DNA of 64,000 bases from Patescibacteria group bacterium (GTDB lineage Bacteria; Patescibacteriota; Patescibacteriia; Magasanikbacterales; GWA2-37-8), in NCBI GenBank assembly GCA_028705565.1, contig JAQWDH010000002.1:40262-104261 (forward strand), given 5' to 3'. Numbering within the stretch: position 1 is the first letter of the stretch; each line of letters begins with the position of its first letter. The translations under genes and the position numbers were made by a program. Shown piece by piece: positions 28,989 through 39,900 of the stretch. The notes beneath the pieces were generated by a model, which did no database searches, was not told where the DNA came from, and saw only the letters and a program-made list of their open reading frames with translations.

Positions 28989-30068
28989 ATGCCAAATAAA
29001 GAAAAATTTACCGGAAATGAAATGCCGGAAGAACAAAAAATAGAACTTTCTAAAAGTTACGTCGGGGAAATAAAAAAATACGAAAAAGAAAAAGAATCCG
29101 AGCAAGCGCAGACAGAAGCGTTTTTGGCGAGAACAAAAAAAGCCGCGGAAGCGTCTGGAAAAGAAGAACTGAAAAAAGAAGCCGAATCGCTTAAAGTAGA
29201 GTCCGTTTCGGCGTGGAGCAAATTTAAAAATAAAATGAAATCCATATTCGGCGGCGAAAAAGAAAAAATAGACGAACCGGCTGAAGTGAAAAAAATCAAA
29301 GAGCCGTTGCTTGAATTGTTAAACAATTTGAAAAAAAATTATGGCATTCGCTCGGAAATAGACGGTGATGGAAATGTGATAATAAAAGACGGCGACAAAT
29401 ATGAAAAAGCTTTGGACGAAAATGAAGAAGATTTTAAAAAAATGACAACTAAAATAAACGAGCTGGAAATTGCTTTACTTGAAATAACAAAACCGGCTCT
29501 TGTGTCCCCCGGAAGATACACGACTACATACGAAAAAGGCGGCATTGCCGGTGTCGGAAATTTGCCGCAAGCAGCAAGAACTCCTGTTGCTCGCCGTTCG
29601 GAAAGATATAGGAACGCAAAAAATATCGAGAAAGAAACAGATGTCTCGGAAACAGAACAGGCCCCAAAGAAAAAAACATTGGTTGAAATAGCGGAGGAAG
29701 ATTTCGCAAAAATAAAAAAAGAAAAAATCGGCGTTAAAAACGAGCTTTGGAATTTAAAAACAGCGGCCGCGAGATTGTCGGATAAAGAAAATTTTCCTCA
29801 ATTTGAAAAAATTTTTGATTTCAAAAATTTTAAAAAAGACATAAAAGTCATTGATGAGCTCCTGGAATCCAAAACAACAGAGTCCGCAAAATTCGCGCGC
29901 ATTAAACTTGATGGACTTAAAAGAACCCTGTCCGACTATTTAAAAAAAGAAAAAGAAGCGCTGGAAAAAACGAACAAAAATTTTCCCGACAGCGATAAAT
30001 ATCTCGCACAAAAAGCGATACTAAAAAATAAAATAAAAGCGCGCGAGGAAATTCTCGAAAAATTATAA
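28989..30068 (+). CDS. hypothetical K/E-rich coiled-coil protein
   Basis: ORF only. Sits between dut and thyX. Confidence 0.35.
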   Translation: MPNKEKFTGNEMPEEQKIELSKSYVGEIKKYEKEKESEQAQTEAFLARTKKAAEASGKEELKKEAESLKVESVSAWSKFKNKMKSIFGGEKEKIDEPAEVKKIKEPLLELLNNLKKNYGIRSEIDGDGNVIIKDGDKYEKALDENEEDFKKMTTKINELEIALLEITKPALVSPGRYTTTYEKGGIAGVGNLPQAARTPVARRSERYRNAKNIEKETDVSETEQAPKKKTLVEIAEEDFAKIKKEKIGVKNELWNLKTAAARLSDKENFPQFEKIFDFKNFKKDIKVIDELLESKTTESAKFARIKLDGLKRTLSDYLKKEKEALEKTNKNFPDSDKYLAQKAILKNKIKAREEILEKL

Positions 30069-30162
30069 AAAACCTTTTAAAACATCCCGACCAAATCGGG
30101 ATGTTTTAGTTTGCGGAAAAAAAACCAAAAAGGTATAATAACCGAAAATTAATAACATATCT

Positions 30163-31611
30163 ATGGAAACCAAATCAAACCAACTTTCCGTTTATACGTT
30201 GGACAATTTAAAACCTGAGGTCGTGGCCGTGGCTTTCGCCAAATGTTCCCGCTCTCCGGAATCGTTTCGGGATATAGCCGACGAGCTTACAGATGAAAAA
30301 TCCGCGGATTTTCATGAAAAATGGGTGGTCGGCTACGGGCACGGCAGTGTCGCAGAACACGCCAACCTGCATCTTGCGATTGAAAATATTTCCATTCTCG
30401 CTACCAAAACGATTGAAGATAACCGACTTTGTTCATACACGGAAAAATCAACTCGTTATCAAGTTTTTGACAAAACGAAATATTACAAACCGAAAAAAAT
30501 AATGGAATCGCCTTTGGGCGCGGAATACGAAAAAACGATGGATGAAATTTTTGACGTTTACTCGTCGCTTAACGCGCCGATGAAAGAATTTATTTTGAAA
30601 AAATATCCGCGCCAACCGGAAGAAAACGAAAAAATATACAACGCGACAATTAAAGCGCGGGTATGCGACAATGTGAGATATATTTTACCAACCGCGACTC
30701 TCACAAATCTCGGCATGACCGCCAACGCGCGCGCGCTTGAACACGCGATTGCCAAACTTCTTTCGCATCCTTTGATAGAAATGAATGAAATCGGGGAAGC
30801 GATAAAAAAATCAGCCATGGAAATCACTCCAACTCTCATAAAATACGCTGAGAAAAACAAATATATTCAAGAAACCGACGAAGTTTTAAAAAAACTAAAC
30901 GATAATTTGACTCAACAATACACAGACGCCGTTTCACCGGTGGAAATTGTTGATTATGACAAAGACGCGGAAGACAAATTAGCAACCGCCTTGCTTTATA
31001 AAAACTCCGATTTACCTTACAAACAAATTATGTCCGCCGTGAAATTAATGAATGGCGAACAAAAAGAGAAAATAATTGACGAGGCGATAGCGAGGCGAGG
31101 CAAGGGAGACCAACCACCGCGCGAATTTGAACATATTTATTACACTTTTGACATTCTCATGGATTATGGCGCTTTTCGCGACATACAACGGCACAGAATG
31201 TGCACGCAAACAAACCAAAAAATCACGATCAAACACGGTTTTGAAATTCCGGAAGAAATAATTGAAGTCGGTTTGGAAGAAATTTTCAAACAAACAATGA
31301 AAAAAGCCGAATCGCTTTATAAAAAAATCCATATTGTTTTTCCGGAAGAAGCGCAGTATATTCTACCGCTGGCTTTTCGCAAACGAACTCTGATAACATG
31401 GAATTTGCGCGAGCTTCATCATTTTATTTCTCTTCGTAGCGGACCAAAAGGCCATATTTCCTACCGCCGTATCGCTCAAGCGTGTTGGAAAAAATTAAAC
31501 GAAATACACCCATTGCTCGCGAAACATATCAATGTTAATATGACCGGGGGGTCGGATTCCTGGGCATCCACGCTCCATAACCCGAAATATAATTATAAAC
31601 CGAGCAAATAA
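30163..31611 (+). CDS. thyX: FAD-dependent thymidylate synthase ThyX, apparently tandem two-domain form (482 aa)
   Basis: First half has HGSVAEHANLHLAIENIS and NRLCSYTEKSTRY (ThyX RHR-x7-S-x4-RY-like). Second half carries RHR (DIQRHRMCTQ). Confidence 0.7.
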   Translation: METKSNQLSVYTLDNLKPEVVAVAFAKCSRSPESFRDIADELTDEKSADFHEKWVVGYGHGSVAEHANLHLAIENISILATKTIEDNRLCSYTEKSTRYQVFDKTKYYKPKKIMESPLGAEYEKTMDEIFDVYSSLNAPMKEFILKKYPRQPEENEKIYNATIKARVCDNVRYILPTATLTNLGMTANARALEHAIAKLLSHPLIEMNEIGEAIKKSAMEITPTLIKYAEKNKYIQETDEVLKKLNDNLTQQYTDAVSPVEIVDYDKDAEDKLATALLYKNSDLPYKQIMSAVKLMNGEQKEKIIDEAIARRGKGDQPPREFEHIYYTFDILMDYGAFRDIQRHRMCTQTNQKITIKHGFEIPEEIIEVGLEEIFKQTMKKAESLYKKIHIVFPEEAQYILPLAFRKRTLITWNLRELHHFISLRSGPKGHISYRRIAQACWKKLNEIHPLLAKHINVNMTGGSDSWASTLHNPKYNYKPSK

Positions 31612-31626
31612 TTTTGAATTTATTCT

Positions 31627-32337
31627 ATGTTTATCATGATAGACGGAATTGACGGCTCCGGAAAAAGCACCGTCATTCAATCTTGGAAAGATTGCCTCGC
31701 GAAAGAAGGCAACGCCATCTTTGATTTAAAAAATTATTGGCTGGAAAAACGCGGCGAATTTCCGGATTTGTCGGAATTAAAATCATACGATTTTGTCTTT
31801 TCCTGCGAACCGACATACTCCCCTATCGGAAAAACAATCAGGGAAGAACTAATAAAAAATGGAGAAAAATATCCGCCGCGCGCCATTGCCGAGGCATATT
31901 CCTTGGACCGTTTGATTTTATACAATAAAATAATTATTCCTCTTCTTAAAACCGGCAAGTGCGTGATTCAAGACAGAGGCATCAGTTCATCTCTCGCTTA
32001 TCAAAATTTGCAAGGTTTGAGTTTGAAAGAAATATCGCGATTGCCGGGAAACGAACTCGCTTTAAAATACAGGCCTGATTATTTGGTTTTCATGGATTTA
32101 AAACCCGAGGAAGCCATAAAACGGCTTGGTTCGCGCGCGGAAAAAAAAGATGATTCCATTTTTGAAAAAGAAAAATTCTTAAAAAAACTCGCCAAACAAT
32201 TCAAATCGCGCGAATTTCAAAACATCTTTTTAAAAAAAGGAACAAGAATTCATCGCTTGAAAACGGATGTTAAAATTGATATAATGAAAAGAGACGCGAC
32301 AAACTTGCTAACCGCGATTTTAAACCGCAATGGATGA
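31627..32337 (+). CDS. tmk: thymidylate kinase
   Basis: P-loop IDGIDGSGKST and overall Tmk-like layout. Confidence 0.75.
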   Translation: MFIMIDGIDGSGKSTVIQSWKDCLAKEGNAIFDLKNYWLEKRGEFPDLSELKSYDFVFSCEPTYSPIGKTIREELIKNGEKYPPRAIAEAYSLDRLILYNKIIIPLLKTGKCVIQDRGISSSLAYQNLQGLSLKEISRLPGNELALKYRPDYLVFMDLKPEEAIKRLGSRAEKKDDSIFEKEKFLKKLAKQFKSREFQNIFLKKGTRIHRLKTDVKIDIMKRDATNLLTAILNRNG

Positions 32338-33125
32338 AAATTTATTTTGTTTTTAAACATAATCATATGCTTTTGACAGTCGGGGAAATAATTCAAAACA
32401 GCTGGGAATTATGCAAAAAAAATTGGCGTGTTTTCGGGACTTACGCCATTCTTTTGCTTTTGCCGAGCATAGCGCTTACCGCGGTTGGATTCATAAACAT
32501 TTTCCTCACGGCCAACTTTCCGTCTTTTACAGCGATAAATAACATCATTTCGCTCGCTCTTTTCGCGGCGAGTTTGGTTTTCGGTTTTTGGGTGGCTGTC
32601 GCGCTTTCAATTTCAATTAAAAACGCTTTGGAAAATAAAATTACAGAATGGAAAAAAACAATGAAAGATAGCTTGAAAATAATCTGGCCGGCTTTGTTGA
32701 TTACCGTCCTGTCGTCTATTATCATCGGCGCGGGCATTCTGCTGCTCATAATACCCGGCGTGATATTTATGGTTTGGTACGCTTTCAGTTTTTATGAAGT
32801 TATTTTTGAAAACAAAAAAACGGTTGAATCTTTGCGCGCAAGTAAAAATTTGACGGTCGGACGCTGGTGGTCGGTGGCATTAAGATTGGCCGCGCCGTCA
32901 TTATTCTACGGGCTTATCGCGATGCTAATCGGCTACGCTCTTATTTCCATTTTACAGCTTATCACGAATTATCCTTTAGCTGTAGATATCGGCATTCAAT
33001 TTATCAGCAATGCCATCAATGTTTTATTCGCGCCGATTACTTCCGCGGCCATTATTATTCTTTATAAAAACATAAAAGAAAATCCTGTCGCTTCTTCCGC
33101 GATTGCTGAACCGCCGAAAATTTAA
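32334..33125 (+). CDS. hypothetical integral membrane protein
   Basis: Multiple hydrophobic helices. Overlaps the tmk stop by 4 nt. Confidence 0.45.
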   Translation: MKIYFVFKHNHMLLTVGEIIQNSWELCKKNWRVFGTYAILLLLPSIALTAVGFINIFLTANFPSFTAINNIISLALFAASLVFGFWVAVALSISIKNALENKITEWKKTMKDSLKIIWPALLITVLSSIIIGAGILLLIIPGVIFMVWYAFSFYEVIFENKKTVESLRASKNLTVGRWWSVALRLAAPSLFYGLIAMLIGYALISILQLITNYPLAVDIGIQFISNAINVLFAPITSAAIIILYKNIKENPVASSAIAEPPKI

Positions 33126-33126
33126 T

Positions 33127-34680
33127 ATGCCAAAATATATTCCAATAATCGGAATGGAAATTCATGTTGAGCTTAAAACCGAAAGCAAGATGTTTTGCGG
33201 TTGCAAAAACGACCCTTACCGCTCCGAACCGAACGCTAATATCTGCGAAATTTGCCTCGCGCACCCGGGATCGCTTCCAGTGCCGAATAAAACCGCGATT
33301 GAATGGGCCGTTAAAATCGCGAAAGCGCTAAAATGTCGCGTGTTGGATGAAAGTAAATTTGACAGAAAAAACTATTTTTATCCTGATTTGCCGAAAGGTT
33401 ATCAAATTTCCCAATATGACCGGCCAATCGGAGAAAACGGTTTAATTGAATTGGAATTTTTGCCTGGAAAAAATATCCGCGAAAAAGCGAAAATCGGAAT
33501 TACGCGCGCGCATCTTGAAGAAGACACCGCGAAACTTGCTCATAGCGCGAACGGAAAAGAAACATTGGTTGATTTTAATCGTTCCGGCGTGCCATTGGTG
33601 GAAATTGTGTCAGACCCTGATATTCAAAGCGCCGCCGAAGCCAAAGCGTATTGCCAAGAATTACAGACGATTCTAAGATATCTGAATGTAAGCGAAGCGG
33701 AAATGGAAAAAGGGCAAATGCGATGTGAAGTGAATATCTCCTTACAGGAAGAAAATAAATTTTCCATAAAAAACGGAATTGTTGAACCAGCAAAAGGTTA
33801 TAAATTAAATCCGAAAGTTGAAGTTAAAAATATAAACTCTTTCCGCGCCGTTGAAAAATCCGTCGCTTTTGAAATAAAACGGCAAACGGAAATGCTGGAA
33901 AAAGGAGAGATATGGCAACAAGAAACCCGCGGTTGGAATGAAAATAAACAAGCGACAGTGTGGCAAAGAATAAAAGAAACATCGGCAGATTACAGATATT
34001 TTCCGGAACCAGACATTCCGCCGTTCAACCCTTTAAAAATTACCAGCGATGTTGATTTGCCGGAGATGCCGGCTGAAAAAAGAATTCGTTTCCGCGAAGA
34101 ATACGGATTTTCTTTCGCCGACACTGATATTTTAACTTCTGATATTAATTGGGCGAATTACGCGGAAAGAACTATGAGTGAACTCGCTGATTGGCTGCAC
34201 ACGCTTCCGGAAACCGAATCCGACACGGATAAAATTATTCAAAACAAAAAAAATCAGATGGCGCGGCTCGCCGGAGGGTGGATTACTTCCAAGCTGATGG
34301 GCGCGATGGCTGAAAGAAAAATTGACATACGGATTTTAAAAATAAAACCGGAAAATTTCGCGGAGCTTGTCGCGCTTATTTACGCAAACCGCGTCAATTC
34401 CACGAACGCGCAAAAAATATTATCCGAGATGCTGGACACTAATGTTGATATGGACCCTACGCATATTATGGAAGAAAAAGGGTATGGACAAATAAGCGAT
34501 GAAGGAAAACTCGCCGAAGCTGTTGAAGAAGTGATTAAAAATTATCCCGCGCAAGTGGCGCAATACAAAGCCGGCAAAGAACCGCTTTTACAATTTCTAA
34601 AAGGAATGGTGATGAAAGCCACGGAAGGTTCCGCCGACCCGCAAGCGGTGGAAAAAATATTGAGAGAAAAATTGCGATAA
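33127..34680 (+). CDS. gatB: Asp-tRNA(Asn)/Glu-tRNA(Gln) amidotransferase subunit B
   Basis: GatB N-terminus MPKYIPIIGMEIHVELKTESKMFCGC. Start set at the internal ATG at 33127. Confidence 0.9.
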   Translation: MPKYIPIIGMEIHVELKTESKMFCGCKNDPYRSEPNANICEICLAHPGSLPVPNKTAIEWAVKIAKALKCRVLDESKFDRKNYFYPDLPKGYQISQYDRPIGENGLIELEFLPGKNIREKAKIGITRAHLEEDTAKLAHSANGKETLVDFNRSGVPLVEIVSDPDIQSAAEAKAYCQELQTILRYLNVSEAEMEKGQMRCEVNISLQEENKFSIKNGIVEPAKGYKLNPKVEVKNINSFRAVEKSVAFEIKRQTEMLEKGEIWQQETRGWNENKQATVWQRIKETSADYRYFPEPDIPPFNPLKITSDVDLPEMPAEKRIRFREEYGFSFADTDILTSDINWANYAERTMSELADWLHTLPETESDTDKIIQNKKNQMARLAGGWITSKLMGAMAERKIDIRILKIKPENFAELVALIYANRVNSTNAQKILSEMLDTNVDMDPTHIMEEKGYGQISDEGKLAEAVEEVIKNYPAQVAQYKAGKEPLLQFLKGMVMKATEGSADPQAVEKILREKLR

Positions 34681-34684
34681 AAAA

Positions 34685-35260
34685 TTATTTAATCGTTTTT
34701 AGAGCTTCTTTAATCAATTGTTCGCGCGTTTTATTTCGCGCGTCTATTTTTTTTACGGTTTCTCGCGCGTCGGAAACCGAATATCCCATCGCCACCAACC
34801 CGTCAATCACGTCGCTCAACGCGCCGCTGTCTTCTCTTTCATTATTGTTAAATTCAAAATTCTTAATTTTTGATTTCAATTCAACTAAAATTCTTTCCGC
34901 GATTTTTCGTCCGATTCCGCTTACTTTTGTAAGATATTCTATATCTCCGCGTCCGATAGCTCTATTTATTTCCGAAACAGCGCCAAGAGATAAAAGATGC
35001 AGGGCGGTTTTCGGACCAATTCCGGAAACCGACAGAAACATAATAAACAATTCTTTTTCGCTCTCGCTCGCCAAACCATACAAATCCAATGTGTCTTCGC
35101 GCGCGACCAAATGAGTCAAAATTTCAGCTTCAGAACCGATAGGCCATTTATCCGCGTTCGCGGGGTTATACGCGATTTTATATCCAACTCCGCCGGCGGT
35201 TAAAATTGACATCTCCGCGCCATTATTCGCGATAACTTTGCCTTTAATAAAAGAAATCAT
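34685..35260 (-). CDS. ruvA: Holliday junction DNA helicase subunit RuvA
   Basis: RuvA sequence MISFIKGKV...LVAREDTL.LYGL...GIGPKTAL. Start placed at the internal Met to avoid overlap with the upstream gene. Confidence 0.85.
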   Translation of the reverse strand: MISFIKGKVIANNGAEMSILTAGGVGYKIAYNPANADKWPIGSEAEILTHLVAREDTLDLYGLASESEKELFIMFLSVSGIGPKTALHLLSLGAVSEINRAIGRGDIEYLTKVSGIGRKIAERILVELKSKIKNFEFNNNEREDSGALSDVIDGLVAMGYSVSDARETVKKIDARNKTREQLIKEALKTIK

Positions 35261-35274
35261 ATTTTTGACATAAT

Positions 35275-36240
35275 TCATTTTTTGTTTATTCTTTTTACTC
35301 TTATCAAACCTCCGCAAGTAATAACTTCCACTCCTTTTTTCTCCAATTCATCCAAAAATAAATTCATTCCAAGAGAGTCCGAAGAAATATGTCCGGCTAC
35401 CACAACATTCATATGCTGTTCGTTCGCTTTTTCAGTCGCGTCTTCTTTCATGTGCATTCCCACGATTGTGCTGATGCCCGCGCGCGAAAGCGCCTCATAC
35501 ATTTTATTGGATGGATTCGTTCCACCGGTCATTTCCAAAAGATATTTGCCAACATGGTGATCTGGACTTCCAGCAAAAATTTTTGGACCGGCTCCACGGA
35601 AACGCGCTTCCTGATATTCCGGAATTTCCAATAATTTATCCATTAAATCCTTGACTGTTTCCGGTTTGTTTTTATCCAAAAATTTTTTAAGAAAAGAATG
35701 CACGAGATTGTCAGTGGCGGTATGGATATTAAAAAGATTGATTTTTAAAATCCGCGCCATATCAATAATCTGAAAATGGTTTGTCGGATGAACTCCGCGG
35801 CTTACTTCTTTTACTCTTTCTTCCATAATTTTTTCCGCCACATGCACCGGCACTCCGTTTTTTTCATAAACTTCAACAGCCATATCCATAACGCCGTGCA
35901 GACACGCCAAGCTTCCTCCTATCGGATGGTGCGAGATAACGAGGTCAATCTGTTTACCGCGTTCATTGAGCTGGCTCGCGAGTATCACTTCGCCGGAACC
36001 GATATCAATACCGGCTAAAACGCGCTTGACCGACGCGTCAGGATTGCCAGTGTGCACGCGGCTGTCGTCATAAGGATTTTCCAACTTGTTTTTGTCAAAA
36101 TATTTTTTGTCTTCCAAATTGGCGTTTTCGTATTCTTTTTTAGCGCGCGACAGATATTTTTTCACGCCCTGAACCCCGCGAGGGTCCGCCTCCACGCCCA
36201 TTTTTAAAGCCAAAGCGAAAATTTGTTTTACTGTAATCAT
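35275..36240 (-). CDS. Nif3-like (YqfO/YbgI, DUF34) dinuclear metal centre protein
   Basis: About 320 aa with HHP and AGH motifs typical of the NIF3 family; call is tentative. Confidence 0.5.
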   Translation of the reverse strand: MITVKQIFALALKMGVEADPRGVQGVKKYLSRAKKEYENANLEDKKYFDKNKLENPYDDSRVHTGNPDASVKRVLAGIDIGSGEVILASQLNERGKQIDLVISHHPIGGSLACLHGVMDMAVEVYEKNGVPVHVAEKIMEERVKEVSRGVHPTNHFQIIDMARILKINLFNIHTATDNLVHSFLKKFLDKNKPETVKDLMDKLLEIPEYQEARFRGAGPKIFAGSPDHHVGKYLLEMTGGTNPSNKMYEALSRAGISTIVGMHMKEDATEKANEQHMNVVVAGHISSDSLGMNLFLDELEKKGVEVITCGGLIRVKRINKK

Positions 36241-36344
36241 AAAAAATATTTAATTATTCTTATTGAAGTGTAGCCGTTGCGAACAATGTTTGTCAAGCGT
36301 TAAAATTAAAATACGTCCCGACCAAGCCGAGACGTATACTATAT

Positions 36345-36848
36345 TTAAGGGTAATCAAACCTCCCGCTTTTCATTTTATTGATTTTTTCCTGAATTTCCT
36401 TTTTTAAAATATCAACGTCGTCAAACGCGACGCTTCGCGCGCAGTCAATATGGAATCTTTTATCCTCTAAACACCATGCGCGCAAAAATTTTTCTCTGCA
36501 ATACATATCCATGACCATTAGAACCGTAAACGATTCTTTTGCGCTTTTGTATATAAACACAAAAGCGACGTCTCCGCTCGCTATTTTTTTTCTGTCCTCA
36601 GGCGCAAGTAATATTAAAATCGTTTTTTGTACCGATGTATTTGTATGAGATCCATGTATACAAGCAACGGGACAAAGAGCGGGTGTGTGTTTGTGTACAA
36701 TGGGGCTTTTCTTTTTTTGCTTTTTGTCGCACGAACCGCCACTTCCGCAATTATGCTGGCCACTTCCAGAGCAACCGCTTCCGCAATTGCCGCCACTATT
36801 GTTTCCACAGTTTCCTCCGCAATTTCCTTTTTTTGGATTAACTTTCAT
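36345..36848 (-). CDS. hypothetical protein with a Cys/Gly-rich N-terminal low-complexity region (CGGNCGNNSGGNCGSGCSGSG...)
   Basis: ORF with repetitive GGNCG units at the DNA level. C-terminal ~90 aa form a globular domain of unknown family. Confidence 0.4.
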   Translation of the reverse strand: MKVNPKKGNCGGNCGNNSGGNCGSGCSGSGQHNCGSGGSCDKKQKKKSPIVHKHTPALCPVACIHGSHTNTSVQKTILILLAPEDRKKIASGDVAFVFIYKSAKESFTVLMVMDMYCREKFLRAWCLEDKRFHIDCARSVAFDDVDILKKEIQEKINKMKSGRFDYP

Positions 36849-36857
36849 TTTTTCCTC

Positions 36858-36873
36858 CTTTTCTGCCTGTTGG
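36858..36873 (-). promoter_or_regulatory. 5' UTR palindrome TCTGCC-N4-GGCAGA between the SD and the upstream region of the 36345..36848 gene; same motif family as at 10606-10621
   Basis: Read directly from the sequence. Confidence 0.35.
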
Positions 36874-36965
36874 CAGACCTTTACATTTTTAAAGAACCAA
36901 TAATTTATATATGGACAGAGATCCCTCTCCGCCCCGAGCGGATCGGGATGACAACCATTAAATTG

Positions 36966-39900
36966 TCATTCCGAAATAATCTTAACAAAAATACGCTTTT
37001 TGTCAACCTCCGCTTCCGTAAACCCGTCTTTTACTTCCGTTATTTTTATTTCTTTTGCTAAAACGCTCTTGCCGATTTCTTCGGCAAACTCAACCAAAAC
37101 GGATTTTAATAATTCGTCGTCTGTCGCGATTTTCACAGCCACCTTGTCTTTCATGGTTAATTTTTTATCCTTTCTTATTTGGTTTATCGCGCGCGTGATT
37201 TCACGAGCCAATCCCTCTTTTTTTAATTCCAAAGTTATTTCAATATCCAAACCGATTTTTAAATCGCCGTCCTCTTTCCAAATCGCGTTTTCCTCTTCAT
37301 CCGCGTATTCAACGATTTTGACATTTAATTCATCGGCTATTATATTTTTAAATTCTTCCGGCAACACGCAATCTTTAACATATAATTTTTGCAACGGCTG
37401 TTTAACTTTGATTTCTTTTTCCGCGCGAATCGCTAAGCCGATCTCCACAATTTTTCTCGCCATATTCATCTGTTCCAAAATTTCTTTGTCGCTCGGACAT
37501 TCATCAGCTTCGGGCCAATCTTCCAAATGAACACTCTCTTTAAATTGATTTTGCCCACGATCAGCTACTTTTATTTCCCGATACACTTTTTCAGCTAAAA
37601 ACGGCGTGAACGGAGCGATTACTTTTGACAAAATTAGCAAAACTTCTCTTAAAGTCGCGATAGCTGCGTTTTTATCTTCTTCATCATCCCCTTTGAAACG
37701 GTCGCGTGAACGACGCACATACCACTGGGACAGTTCGGTAATAAAATCCAAAATAGGACGGCTCGCGTCCGCCAGCTTATATTCTTCCATGCCTTTTGTG
37801 GTTCCTTTGATTAAAATTCGCAATTTCGCCAAAATCCACTTATCAAGAATATTTTTGGGCATCGGTCTATTGTCCGTAGTCCGTTCACTGAACATCTTCC
37901 AAAATTCAACAACATTCCACAGAGTATTTACAACTTTATTATACATTTCTCGCGCGCCGGCTTCGGAAAAATTCAACGACTCCGCTTCCATTACCGGCGA
38001 TGTCGCGAAATAATAACGCAAAGCGTCAGCGCCGTATTTTTCCAAAATCAAATCCGGCTCCGGATAATTTTTCAACCGTTTGCTCATTTTTTTGCCGTCC
38101 TCGGCCAAAACGATGCCATTCACTATCACATTTTTAAAAGCAGGAGAAGATTCTTTTACCGCGATTGACGGTTTCGCGCCTGATGTGAGAGCCGTTGCCA
38201 AAACATGCAAAGTATAAAACCATCCCCTCGTTTGGTCCTGTCCTTCGGCGATAAATTCCGCCGGAAAACCGTTCTCAAATTTTTCTTTATTTTCAAAAGG
38301 ATAGTGCGCTTGTCCGTAAGGCATTGAACCCGATTCAAACCAGCAATCCAAAACTTCCGGAACACGCCGCATTTTACCGCCGCATTTTTCACACTTGAAT
38401 TCAATATCATCTATTTTATGTTTGTGCAAATCAACAATTTTTTGTCCTGATAATTTTTCCAATTCCTCCACCGAACCAACCGCGACCATATTGTCGCATT
38501 TACTGTTTTGGCTCTCATTGAAAATTGAAAATTGGTAATTGGTAATTCCGGTTTGGCAAAGCCAAACCGGCAACGGTGTTCCCCAATAACGATTGCGCGA
38601 AATCGCCCAGTCGCGCGCGCCTTCCAGCCATTTGCCGAATCTGCCTTCCTTGATATGTTCCGGCACCCAATTTATTTTTTCATTATTTTTTAAAAGTTGT
38701 TTTTTAAAATCATCGTCAATTTTAACGAACCAACTGGCGGTCGCGTAATTTAAAAGCGGCGCGTCGCAACGCCAGCATAATGGATAGCTGTGCGTTATAC
38801 TTTCTTTACTGAAAAGTTTGTTTTCTTTCGCGAGCCATTTTATTATTTCCACATCGGCTTTGCTCGGGTCGTCTTTCGGTTTAACTTCCATACCGGCAAA
38901 ATCAACGACTTCAGGCGTAAATTTTCCTTCCATTGTCACATGCTGAACCAACGGCGTATTTTCGCGCCGTCCGACATTATAATCATCCTCGCCGAAAGCT
39001 GGAGCAATGTGCACAACGCCAGTTCCTTCTTCAGTGGTCACAAAATCCGCGTCAACGATTTTAAACGCTCTCGGCGTATTTTTAAAATACGAAAAAAGAG
39101 GGTCGTATTCCAAACCTATTAAATCCGAACCGTCAATTTCTTTTATAATTTTGTATTCTTTATTTTTTAAAATTGCTTCAGCCCTGTCTTTCGCCAAAAT
39201 AAAATTTTTATCTTCGCCATCAATGCTTACTATTTGATATTTTATATTTTTGTTCACAGCCAACAAAACATTCCCGGGCAAAGTCCACGGCGTAGTTGTC
39301 CAAGCGAGTATATATATCGGTTTATCATTTAAAATTTGCGGTTTGGAATTTATTTGTGATTTAAAATTTGTAATTTGAAATTTTACAACAACCGATATAT
39401 CTTTCATTTCCTTGTAATTCTGCGTCACTTCAAAATTTGAAAGCGGAGTGGCGCAATGCGGACAGATGTGCATCGCTTTGTGTCCTTGATAAATCAAGCC
39501 CTTGCTCCAAAGTTCTTTGAATACCCACCAAACGCTCTCCATAAAATTTATATCCATCGTTTTGTAATCGTTTTCCATATCAACCCACCTGCCCATTCTC
39601 CGAATCGTTTTTTTCCATTCATTCGCGTATTTCAAAACCGTCGCGCGGCACGCCTCATTAAATTTTTCTATTCCGCATTCTTCAATGTCTTTTTTATTTT
39701 CCAATTTCAATTCCTTTTCAATTATATTTTCAACCGGCAATCCGTGGCAATCCCAACCCCATCTCCGTTCAACTCTAAAACCGCGCATGGTCCAATAGCG
39801 CGGAACAATATCTTTCATCAACGAAGCGACAATATGCCCGTAATGAGGCAAGCCAGTGGCAAAAGGCGGGCCGTCGTAAAAATGATACGGTTTGTCTTCC

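Noticed and set aside
36614-36808. Alternative overlapping ORFs in the Cys/Gly-rich gene region
   Set aside because: These are the same repetitive GGNCG DNA read in other frames; the longest frame with an SD is retained, though with low confidence.
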